From Dimorphilus gyrociliatus (taxonomy: Eukaryota > Animalia > Annelida), in NCBI GenBank assembly GCA_904063045.1, contig CAJFCJ010000005.1, forward strand, positions 2,598,165 to 2,662,164: a DNA stretch of 64,000 nt, given 5' to 3'. Of this stretch, positions 10,785 through 25,509 are shown piece by piece. The notes beneath the pieces were generated by a model. That model saw nothing but the letters and a program-made list of their open reading frames with translations, had not been told where the DNA came from and did not search any database. The translations under genes and the position numbers were made by a program. Positions within the stretch are counted from its first letter, which is position 1. Each line of letters begins with the position of its first letter.

Positions 10785-12289
10785 ACAGTGTATTAGTGTA
10801 GAATCAATTCAAGCGTTTCAGTGTAATATAATTTTTAAATATGTCTATATATAATTAAATATAGACGCTTTATGAATTGAGACGTTAGAATATAAATTAT
10901 ATTTTCTGAACAAAATCTAATGAATATAGATTGTTTATTTAAATGGTTAAAAATAAAAAACACTATTCAACAAAAACATTTCAAGAGCTATTTATAACTT
11001 TTAAAAGTAGAAAATTAAAGGTTCAACACTCAAAAACAGTCAACAAGATACTAAAAAAACAAGCAATGAGTAGTTTGTATTTTTTTCCTTTGCTAAACTG
11101 TCATTGAACTCTGTAAACAGCTACATTTAACGATGTTAAAAGATTCTAATTAATGTTTAATAAATTAACAAATAGTATAATAAGAAAATTTTTAGTTCTC
11201 TACTTTATTTTATAAAGTTATGTTAATTTCTATTGTAGACGATATCAAACAAACAACAAATGAACCAAAATTGTATTGATTGAGGAATTAACATTTGACA
11301 ATTAAATTCTTAGGTGAAGGTTTGAGACTGTTTAACTCTAATGTAAGTATTTGAATCTGAGGAATGTGTTGAATATTTCAATCAAATATCTGATTGATCA
11401 TATGTTTTCAGGTATTATGGGACCAAGGCACAAATTGAAATTGCAAGTTTACTTATACTCTTCATTGGGCTTAACAGAAAACGTCTACAAATGGTTTATT
11501 TTTAGGCAATACTATGGATAGATAAAGGATTTGAAAGAATGTAAAAAAATACTAAGAATCGCTACTTAAGCAAGTCTCAACTAAGGGTTAGGAACAGAAA
11601 GAAGACTGGGCATAGATTGGCAACTTCAATTTTGACAACGTTTTTTGCTATACCCCTCTCCGGTGATCTGATATTGTTTAGGATCATGAGAGAATAAATC
11701 TTCACACTCAATTAGCTTTTAGTAGCAAATTCCATAGTTTTATTTGAAAATTTGTCACTATGAAGTATAATTTTCTTCTTAAATTAATAAAGGAAAAGTA
11801 CTAATTACATCTAAAAGAAGACTTGGTACCGTAAGTATTGTATCTAGTTTTTAACCCTTTCCTGTTTGCTATGTTAATAAGGAAGAGAAATAAAATTTCA
11901 TATACATAAATGTGCAAATATTTTATAGTAACATTATATATAACATTTGAATAATTAATTATAAGAAAGAGTAACTATGAAATTTTTCGCCTTTTCAAAG
12001 TTTGATTGACTTTACCTCATAAGATATTACATATTTCATTTTCTATATTTTTTCTAGATAAGTGCTTTTCTTTTTCCTTATAAATTGTATTGTTATCTAA
12101 CATTGTACTGTCAATAATCGAAGTGAAAAATACTAATTTACATACTATTTAATGAAGGCAAATATTAATTATAAAAAAAGTATATATTGTTTGAACAAAC
12201 AATATGTTCAACAAATGTTTATTACCTTCTAACATATAAAGCCACTTTTTCAATTCCTCCTCATACTGAAAGATTTAAGGAGTTGAAAT

Positions 12290-13357
12290 ATGATGGGAAT
12301 GATTTTTAATTATACTTTCCTTATGTGTTGTATAGCTTTTACCTTTGGTAGCGATAACTGCTATGTGTCTCCTAAAGTTTTATATACTTCCACATCTACT
12401 GGACATAGTGACTGCTTTGTATATAATGGTTGCTGGAATAATGCGGAAAATCTTTGCTATATGAGTAAACACTATATTTCCGGCTTTAAAATGGCACATG
12501 GTATTCAAATTTCCCCTGGCAATACTATTAAAACGTTAACTAATCAAACTGCGCTTGAATGTGGTATACAATGTCTAAAAGATACTACTTGCCAGTGTTT
12601 TTCATATAATAAATCTAGTGAAACTTGTGCATTTAAGAGTAAAAGATGTAAACGTACTTCTGTCGATTTTACTAATATTCTTTATAATAAAATAGCTGAA
12701 AACGAAGTAACATGTTATCCTCTAAATTGTGGTGAGATTAGGGTATCACACAGTTCTGAACCAAGCTCCTGTAAACAGTATTGCAAAGATAACACTAATT
12801 GCGATTTCTACAATTATAAAGATGAAGCCTGTCATCTTTTCAACGAAGATTCTTGTGATATTACTGATCCTGATAAACTTAATAGCCCCTTGGAGTACCG
12901 TTGTATTCCTAATCCAATCTTCAGTGATGAAATGAAAAGAACTGGTCCTAAACTCCGGAAAATAATCGATACGGAAGACGCTACATGCATTAAAATGAAT
13001 ACTTCTACATCTTTCAATTTACGAATACCTTGGCCATCTTTATCACCAACTCTTAATTTAAATAATACAGCATTTAAAGTAAACATCACTGGAAAGAATT
13101 TAAAGCAATGTATTAGAATAAATGAAGGTATACATGGTTCAGGATCTGGTATTCTTGCCTTTGTACCTTTTACTGAACAGGTTGTACCTACTTTTGAAGG
13201 AAAATTTTACGGATGCGATCTGATATTTGGTGATGATAGTACTGTTTGTACTTACACCTGTTCTTTCAATGATAAAATTCTCCAAGCAGTTCATATCAAA
13301 GCGTTTGCAGTTGATGAAGATGACATGGAAATCTGTAGTTATAAAATCACCAATTAA
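12290..13357 (+). CDS. Secreted Cys-rich protein with two PAN/apple-like domains and a conserved C-terminal domain (paralog 1)
   Basis: Signal peptide; PAN-like CGIQCLKDTTCQCFSYNKSSETCAFK and CKQYCKDNTNCDFYNYKDEACHL; C-terminal FNLRIPWP...DDMEIC shared with paralogs. Confidence 0.8.
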   Translation: MMGMIFNYTFLMCCIAFTFGSDNCYVSPKVLYTSTSTGHSDCFVYNGCWNNAENLCYMSKHYISGFKMAHGIQISPGNTIKTLTNQTALECGIQCLKDTTCQCFSYNKSSETCAFKSKRCKRTSVDFTNILYNKIAENEVTCYPLNCGEIRVSHSSEPSSCKQYCKDNTNCDFYNYKDEACHLFNEDSCDITDPDKLNSPLEYRCIPNPIFSDEMKRTGPKLRKIIDTEDATCIKMNTSTSFNLRIPWPSLSPTLNLNNTAFKVNITGKNLKQCIRINEGIHGSGSGILAFVPFTEQVVPTFEGKFYGCDLIFGDDSTVCTYTCSFNDKILQAVHIKAFAVDEDDMEICSYKITN

Positions 13358-13983
13358 TCTTTTTCCATGTTAATAAAAATCTTTAATTAACTGTATTATT
13401 CATGTACTTTCTGATATTTTTTAAATATACTTAGTATTGATTAATAAATGAAACCTTTTAAAGGCGATTACATTATTTTTAATGTCTTTTCAACATTCTT
13501 TTATTCAATTGATATTAAGTAACAGTCTCAAGTCTTTGTAGTTTTTCTTCAATTCAATCTATATTTTGCTAATAAAACATTTTTCATTAGACATATTAGC
13601 ATCAATATCTTATGTAGAAACAGTTGAATGTTAGTTGAACACAAACATTTCCCGCAGGTATAATTCTGTGTAAGCAATCAATTGACACATGAAATATACA
13701 GTATTTTAAATATCAATATTCGGATAATGTAGGACTTATACTTTGATTGTAGAGGCTATTTTTTTAAAAATGTTGTTATAGAAATAATAATATACCGGAA
13801 ACATATATGAATATAGGTATTGAATGAAGTTTGCTCAATTTGGGTTAAATAACGCTTCATTCAAATAATTAATCAATATACTCTCTATCATACCACACGA
13901 GTATAAACAATAATAAAAGAATTCTCATTCTATCTTTATTTTAAAGACTGACAATCATAATTTATTCAATTTTAATAAGAAAA

Positions 13984-15063
13984 TCACGTTGACAGAACAT
14001 TATAGAAACAAATTTCCATATTATCGTCATCAGAGCCAAAGCCTCTTATGTAAGCTGCCTGACAATAGTCTTCTCCACATGTACACTTGTATATACACTC
14101 CGTATCATTATTGCCACTTTCGTATTCACAAGCGTTAAATGGACCACTAAAAGATGGACTTATTTGGCCATCTATACCAACATACGCCAGAACGCCCGAC
14201 ATTGTTAGACCATATTTGATATTCATACAATTTTTCATGTTTTTACCTTTAATAACAATTCGAAAATCGGGATTTCCATCTCCAAGATTTGGCCATGGAA
14301 TTCTCAAATTAAAATCTTTTTCAGTGGTTGAAGCAACGCAAGTATCAGCTAATTCTGAATCAGTTATATGGATTAGTTTCGATTGACTGTGATCATTTAA
14401 ATCTGAATATATAGGGCCAGGCAGAAAAGTAGTTGCTGATAACTCGCGAGCATTACCTGGATCAAGTATATCACAAACTGTATCTTTCATAAAGCAAGCA
14501 GAGTTGCTTGCGGTACTTCGTGGGGCCACAAAGATTTTGCAAGTAGATTGACTTTTACAAGAAATTGCACAGGTATTAACATTTTCCATAGTATTCGCTA
14601 TATCATTTTGCGCGCAATTTCCCGGATATTCCGTCCATTGTTTCACAGCCATTTTGGCATAGCTTCTTATATAATTAGAGGGTTCAACACTGGAGCTATA
14701 TTGATGACATATAGTGTCTCTTAGTTGACAAGTGGTAATGTCAAATTGATAAATAAAGGTTTCACAATTTTCATTGAAAAGACACCTTCTTCCACATTCT
14801 TGCAGACTGAGATTGTTATGTTGGCTGATCACCAGCCCCACTTCGCATATTCTTTTTACTGTCCGAAAGCCAGCAACGTAATCGTTACCTATATAACATC
14901 CTTCAGCATCCCAGCAGCCTCCATAAGCTAAGCACTGTACCTCAGGTGTTGTAGAACTACCATAAGTTATTCTTTTAGAAACTACACAGTTATTACTAGC
15001 ATTACCTGTCTTAAATAGCAACAAAGTAATTAACACAGATAAAATGTATAAGATTTTGTCCAT
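13984..15063 (-). CDS. Secreted PAN/apple-domain protein (paralog 2)
   Basis: ATG 15063 (MDKILYILSVL signal); CGRRCLFNENCETFIYQFDITTCQL; FNLRIPWP; DDDNMEICFY. Confidence 0.8.
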   Translation of the reverse strand: MDKILYILSVLITLLLFKTGNASNNCVVSKRITYGSSTTPEVQCLAYGGCWDAEGCYIGNDYVAGFRTVKRICEVGLVISQHNNLSLQECGRRCLFNENCETFIYQFDITTCQLRDTICHQYSSSVEPSNYIRSYAKMAVKQWTEYPGNCAQNDIANTMENVNTCAISCKSQSTCKIFVAPRSTASNSACFMKDTVCDILDPGNARELSATTFLPGPIYSDLNDHSQSKLIHITDSELADTCVASTTEKDFNLRIPWPNLGDGNPDFRIVIKGKNMKNCMNIKYGLTMSGVLAYVGIDGQISPSFSGPFNACEYESGNNDTECIYKCTCGEDYCQAAYIRGFGSDDDNMEICFYNVLST

Positions 15064-16078
15064 TTTCAAGTTGTAATACAAAATGAACTGAAGCAAAATA
15101 TGACGTGAAAGATATATCGTATTTTTTAAAACTCTAACACATTTATAGATTTTTCATATTAAAAAGAAATATCTTATTAATTTATTGAATGAAAAACTTA
15201 TTTTTCAATTTATTGAAGTAAAAACCCTATTGACCTGCCTTTTTATTTAAACTATGGGTGAAAAATAATAAGATAGAAATGATTCTTCTACATCGATTAT
15301 TACTTTTCTATATAAGTGTACAATACTTTCACCGATTTATTGAAAACTATTGAACATAGAATAGGAGAAAGCATGTATTTATAAAACTTTGTTAAAGTTC
15401 TTTCAACTCTTTCATAATCATATAGAATCAATATTATTATACAAATATCATAGATATAAATGTACCCAATCTAGAACCTTCGACTAAAATCAAAATTTTA
15501 CCCTAATTAATCAAATATATAGCAAAGTGCGAAATAAACTTTCGAGAAAGAAGAAGAGGACTCAGGATATACAATTGCTCGATAAGACGCCATCTTTTGC
15601 GTATTTCTTTAAAGATGATTGTTCAAGTATAAAGATATGTACTGCATAAATATTTGTATAACCTACTAATTCTCGTACACGTAATTAAATTAGTTGGTTG
15701 TATATTTCCAATATAAGTGTAGTATTGCTTAAATAATTTACCTGCCTTTAGTGATGTAATAGTCAAAAATCTCTTCAAATCTAAAGAAGGTAAATAAATT
15801 GTAATCATTTTGCTAAAATATTCATGACATTGAGCTGTTTTTGAAAGAAAATAGATAATTGATACATGTGTTTCTCTACGTATAAGAAGAGAAAAAGCAA
15901 GTCATTGCAAGGTTGAGAAAATAGATAAATCTTTGAGATAGTAGTTAAATAGTTGTATTTGCTCTTACCTTATTAACTACAATAATGTTTTAATATCAAA
16001 GAAAATACAAATATAGTCATTGTAAAGAGGAAAATACAAGATTTAAAGAAATATAGATGTGAAGATTCTTAGAGGAAA

Positions 16079-17146
16079 TTATAAGATATTATAATAACAT
16101 ATCTCCATATTATCATCATCTGATCCAAATCCTCTTATATATACTGCTTCACAATAGTCATATCCGCATGAACATGCATATTTACAGTTAGTTTCATCGT
16201 TGCCCGATTCCAATTTACAACCTGCAAATGAGCCTGTAAATATTATGTTTCTTTCCGGATGTATTGGTAGGTAAACTATTACTCCAGCAGATTGTAAAGC
16301 ATCCGTAGATCTAAGGCACTTTTTCATATTATTACCCTTTACTATAACTTTAAAATCAGCAACATATTGGCCGATTGTTGGCCAAGGAACTCTAAGATTA
16401 AAATTTGATGCATTGTTAACTTGCACGCAAGTATTTAATGCTTCGGCATCTCTAATTTTGACTAAATTTTGATTATTATTATCATAAATTCCAGGAAATG
16501 CAGGTCCAGGCAAGTAAAGTTTACTCTCGAAGCTTGATGGCGTATTGTCGATAGGACATATAGTTTTCTTTAAAACACAATTTTCGTTAGTGGCTTGGTC
16601 ACCATTTCGAACAACTGTAATAAAATCACAATCCGATTGGGTCTTGCAGTTTTCCGCACAGGCAGGTGTATTGACATTCGGGGTACCAATATCTGTGGTG
16701 ACTGTTGCTGTGTTAGGACAAAGGAAATTGTGAAAAGTCCAATCTTTCAACGCTTCTTTCATATACGTTTTCATTGTTGCTGAAGAGCCAGTTTGGCCAA
16801 CGTTAGGGTTGGACCTTCCCGAACATATTTTATTTTGACTATCATAGACAAAATATTCACACGTTGTCTTCCTTAAACATATTCTTGCACATTCTCTAGC
16901 AGTTATATCGCTTTCGCTAAGAACTAAAGTTCCAGTTGTATATTCTCCATTCAATCTAATAAATCCAGGAATGTGGTCATTCGCATAATAACATTTGAAC
17001 GTATCATTCCAACATCCACCATATCTTAGACAGTCAAATTCTTGTGCTAGTTTAGGACCAAATCTAACTTTCTCATCAACATCGCATCTGTCACTAGAAG
17101 CGCAGATGATTAGAGTTGATAAGAGTATTATAATCATTCTCACCAT
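16079..17146 (-). CDS. Secreted PAN/apple-domain protein (paralog 3)
   Basis: Signal peptide; CARICLRKTTCEYFVYDSQNKIC; FNLRVPWP; DDDNMEICYY. Confidence 0.8.
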   Translation of the reverse strand: MVRMIIILLSTLIICASSDRCDVDEKVRFGPKLAQEFDCLRYGGCWNDTFKCYYANDHIPGFIRLNGEYTTGTLVLSESDITARECARICLRKTTCEYFVYDSQNKICSGRSNPNVGQTGSSATMKTYMKEALKDWTFHNFLCPNTATVTTDIGTPNVNTPACAENCKTQSDCDFITVVRNGDQATNENCVLKKTICPIDNTPSSFESKLYLPGPAFPGIYDNNNQNLVKIRDAEALNTCVQVNNASNFNLRVPWPTIGQYVADFKVIVKGNNMKKCLRSTDALQSAGVIVYLPIHPERNIIFTGSFAGCKLESGNDETNCKYACSCGYDYCEAVYIRGFGSDDDNMEICYYNIL

Positions 17147-17913
17147 TTATAGATGTAAAATATGAACTATTTGAAGCAGACTTTACATATATGTCTATAT
17201 GGAAAATGAAAATCAATTAATTAAATATTACCAATACTGAGAAAATATTTGCAAGTCCTCAGACAAGGATTACCCACTATAAAGACTAAGAACTAGTATT
17301 TTTGTATTAATCTCTGTTAACTCTACATCTTTATGTTTATAGGAAATTCAATATCAAATATTAACCAACCTCCACAATTTAATTGATTATCAATGCTTTG
17401 CTTACAAAATGTAATAATTTCTTTTTACAATTAGAGTTAATTAATTATCAAAAAGTGCTAAAGTTAAGGATTAAGTTAACATTTAACCGTTAAACTTATC
17501 ACTTTAGCCGAATTGCTTGAAATATTCAACAGATGATATTTGATTAAATGGATCAAATTTTTATTTTTGGAAACATAGAACAACAATCAACTAAATTCAA
17601 TACGAAGAATACAAAATGACATTTTTCTATGACAGAACTTAATTATAAAGTATTTATCCAAAAGAAATGACTGAATAAAAACAAAAGAATCGAATGAATA
17701 GGAACATTTCCTTATGAACCTTTATCTAATTGTTTTTATCCTTTATATCGGTATATGATGTATTCGTTCCGTTTCCTTTGAAAAAGACAGTCCAAATATA
17801 TTTATTCCTTCCTAAGTTATTCTCTGCCGGATGAACTAATAATTGTATAGAACTATACATCTTTCGGTTCTGTTTGTTCTATTATACGATAAAATGCTAA
17901 TAAATCAGATATA

Positions 17914-18857
17914 TTACTTTAAGAAAAGTAAAATATTCTCATAGACAAGAAAGGTAATAGCATTTACAGGAATTGCCTAACCCTGTAAAAAAGCCATTCA
18001 ATCCTTTTTTGGAGTATATTAACTTTATTGTTGTTTTTAGGTTAAGTTTCCAACCGTCAGTTTGAATAACTGATTTTACAACGTCGGAAGGCATTGCAAC
18101 AATCCATGAAACAACGCCACCCAAAGCACCAGCAACAAGAATTGATGATGACCTGCCAAAGTTTAAATTTTCTAAGAGGCCTCTGCTAACATCGTATGTA
18201 AAAATATATAGGCCACACGCTGGAAGATCTCTTATCACAAGCATATTTAATCCTCTGTATAAAAGAAATATCCCCTCCTCTTTAATTAGAACTTTATCAA
18301 TTAAAGCATTCAAATTAAAGTACAATAATCGTAATTTAACCTTGACTCTTGTCAATCTGAGATTGTAATATAACTTTAATTGAATCGACAGGACACGCTA
18401 CACTCAACTGAGCTACCCCTTGATCTTGTATCATTGTTAATGTAGTCGTAGAGAAGTTCTGAACAATGAGATTGAACACCAAAGTAAATTGAATTTATAG
18501 CACCATAGGATAATAGAGGAAAAGAAAGGCCTCTAAAAGTTCCTTTTGTCTGTATTAATTTTAATTGAAAGCGTTATTTGTCTTACCCGACAAAATCAAT
18601 TTAAATTTTTTATTAACTTACTAATCCGCTATGTAGAACACTCTTGATCGCTTTCAAGTTTCCAGAATAGGGTTTACCGATGAATTGTTGAGTTTGTATT
18701 TGTACTTTTACTGTATCCAGAGGATGGCCAACTACTAAACTGGCAGAACCTAAGTTAAAAACATACACAATATACTTATAGTATTTTATACAATATTACT
18801 ATTAAATTATAATTAACCTCCAATTGCTCCTGCAATATATTCGTTTATACTGGCCAT
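17914..18857 (-). pseudogene. SLC25A45/47/48-like mitochondrial carrier with apparent frameshifting deletions
   Basis: Carrier signatures GHPLDTVK, CPVDSIK, MPSDVVK and a final AIPVNAITFLVYE are present. The frame breaks near 18420 and near 17975, each time with conserved residues missing. Confidence 0.6.
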
Positions 18858-21329
18858 TTGGTAAGATGAATCTGAAAAAGATTAAAGGTCAAAGGTCATA
18901 TCTTATTATTTTTCTATATTGGCGTCAGCAAAATTTCATCTAGAAAGAAATTAATAAATTTTCCTCGTTAACATTGTTTCTTTTTATATTAGAGTTAAAA
19001 TTGAGAAGAACATTTAAATTGTAAAATCTGTAGCTAGGCCTGGTTTGTATCTTCGGAATATGCTAATTATCATTTATTATTATTATTATTTAAGTTTATG
19101 CGTAGATTTGAAACCTTATGACTGAAAAATAACTGCAAACTATTCAATTCATCTACATTATGAAATGATAATTATCATGAAAATATACAGAGAATGAAAA
19201 TATGCAGAGAGAGATTGTTCGGAAATGATTAGAGAAGAGCTTATATAGACAATAGGAAAACAATGGAAGTCTACCATTCTGGTAGGCCTACTGGACAATT
19301 AGAAAACTGAAAGACGATAGAATTTTCTTGTTAAATATTTACATTTTTAATATTTTTAATTCTGTAATTTGTTGTTCTTAAAGACTTAAAAGAAAACATG
19401 GCGATTGGAAATCTAAATGCAACCGGTATTAATAAATTTAGGTCACAAATAAACTTAAAGTCTTTTTTTTCCCTAAATGAAAAAGTCAGCGAGATAGTGA
19501 ACCTTTATTATTGATGGAACCTAATTTTGGAAAGATAATCTCTTCTACATCATCTGTAATTAAAAACTATTATTTATTATTAATTCGAAAATTTCATATT
19601 AATGAATCTAAACTGGCAAATCATTAGAAAAATACCAATAAGATAACCTTGACAGAGTGTATATTAAATACTATAACAATACACTTTCGAAACAGTTAAT
19701 AGATGGCCTAGAATTCGGTCCTGTTAGATGGAGAGTGGGTATGGCTAAAACAACATTTAAACTAAGCAGTTAGCCAGGCATTGTTTAAGAAGAATGATAG
19801 TATTGTCTCTATTCACCAGAGCACACAGTTAGATCTTTTCAACTTACCTAGAACCAGAAAACCAGTTGCTTGGCTTTTTTTTAATATTATGAAAATGCAA
19901 TATAAAAGAGCTGGTCTGTATTATACAGTATAACCCTTTAGTTGTAACCGGCAAAGATCTCTATTCGTATCAGCAGGGTGGTGGAAAGTTGGACTTAACT
20001 TGGGAGTTACTATAGCAGTTACCCGTTCACTTTGCTCATTAACCTCATTCTCGTACGTCTGCCAGCAATTAATTGAAACCTAATCTACATTAGTTGTGGA
20101 TTGATATGAAAATTTGAAACGTAAGAGATCTCTAATCTCTTCTATGGCCGAAATGACTGACGAATGGAAGAAGCCGAATGTTGTCTTGGATAGAGATGAT
20201 GATGAAACTAACGCTTATTTATCAGATGATGCTATTCGTTAAAATCGGTTATTTATCAGAGTTGATCCTTTCGAGATAGATAGCATAAGAAGCTTTTGGT
20301 CATTTTATGTTATAAAGCCTACAATAACAAATGAACGATATCAAAGAGAAGGAAAGATGAAGATGATGAAAACTTTTCTTCACAGTTGCTTTAAAGCTAT
20401 AGTTACTTCCGTTCAGAATAATAACAATAACGAAATATCGACTCAATGAATATCTAGAAAGATCTCATCATCAAATGCTTCATACAATGAGAAATTTAAT
20501 ATAAGAGAGTCCTAACAGCGATACTTTCTCTTTATATTCTTACAATCTAAATAATAGTTTGTACATCAAAGAGAAAATGTTAATAACAATTGTATAAATC
20601 TGAAAATATTCAATACAGTATATCCTTTCACGGAAGAAACTTGGTTTGTTAGATATACGATTATTCCTAAAATTAGCTGAATTTGATTGTAGCTTACTTT
20701 AAGAACAGTATAGAACTAATGCATAAGTATACACTGTATTACACAAAAAAGTGAAAACTATTTACGTCTATACTTTTTATGGCCAAATTTTATTTTTGAA
20801 GTTTATATGATTTCTCCTCAGAACATAAAAGAAACATCTAACAAAAACAAAGTATTTTAAAGCATAAATATAATTAACTTCTGACTTATGACAGAAATAT
20901 GGCAAGCTCAAATTAGTAAAAACACATAAAGAAGGCAATTTAACTCCAAAATAAATATTCTTATTTTATAGCCCAATAGCAATTCAATTGCTGAGATCTT
21001 CGCTCCTGGTCCTAATTAATCAATTATTCATTTAAATTAGCATAATAGAACGCTTCTGTTTTTTTAAATTTCTCTAATACCTTATAAGTCTTTCAAGGTT
21101 GGCTTTCGATAACCGTTTCTTAGCTGAAAATTGAAAAAATTATAAGTTTTTTGAATTTTAAAATAATATAAATTAATAAATCAAATGGAAGCAAATTGTT
21201 AAAATTTAAAGAACTGATGATTTCTAATGAAGCTTAACTACAACCTGGAGATGAAAATACGTCATCAGCTATTTAAGTAATCAGCATAGTTAGTGATATT
21301 TTGCTAAAATTTCAACAAAAAACTTTAAA

Positions 21330-25007
<3,678 letters not shown>

Positions 25008-25509
25008 TAAAAATCGTCTGCTATCAAGTTATTATTATTTTATTTAATATGACTTTCGTAAATGAATATAATAACGAAAGTTCACATAATCACTCTCGAA
25101 ATAATTTTTATATCTATTGCTCGCGCACAGTTCGCTCTTTGATACTAACTGATTAAATACATATCGCGACAACTGATATTTAAAAATGGAGTCACTTCTC
25201 ACTGACTCATATTCCACCATTTTGAATATGAAGCTTCGTCTTGTGCCTGAAATGCACCCGGCATCACCGACAAGCAGACAAGGAGCTAACAGCAATTAAA
25301 TTAAAACACCAAGCGTACTAAAATTTTGGCCTATCTTAGCAATGAAATCAACTAGATTTAACCGATAGAATTAGCTTTTTCCACAAATAATCTATAATAG
25401 CCGAGTAATTTAGTTGGAAAAAAGAAATACGTCGAACTGTAAAAAGAAAATGCAGTCATTGCAGTATTTTCTCTAACTGTCTAAGGATATATAAAATATA
25501 TACTGGAAA
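25008..25509. promoter_or_regulatory. Probable bidirectional promoter, TMEM245 / cyclin Y
   Basis: Head-to-head start codons about 500 nt apart, with locally higher CpG content. Confidence 0.5.

Noticed and set aside
20144-20242. 32-aa sORF MAEMTDEWKKPNVVLDRDDDETNAYLSDDAIR in a 2.4-kb gap
   Set aside because: No recognisable motif, splice context or homology. Could be chance.
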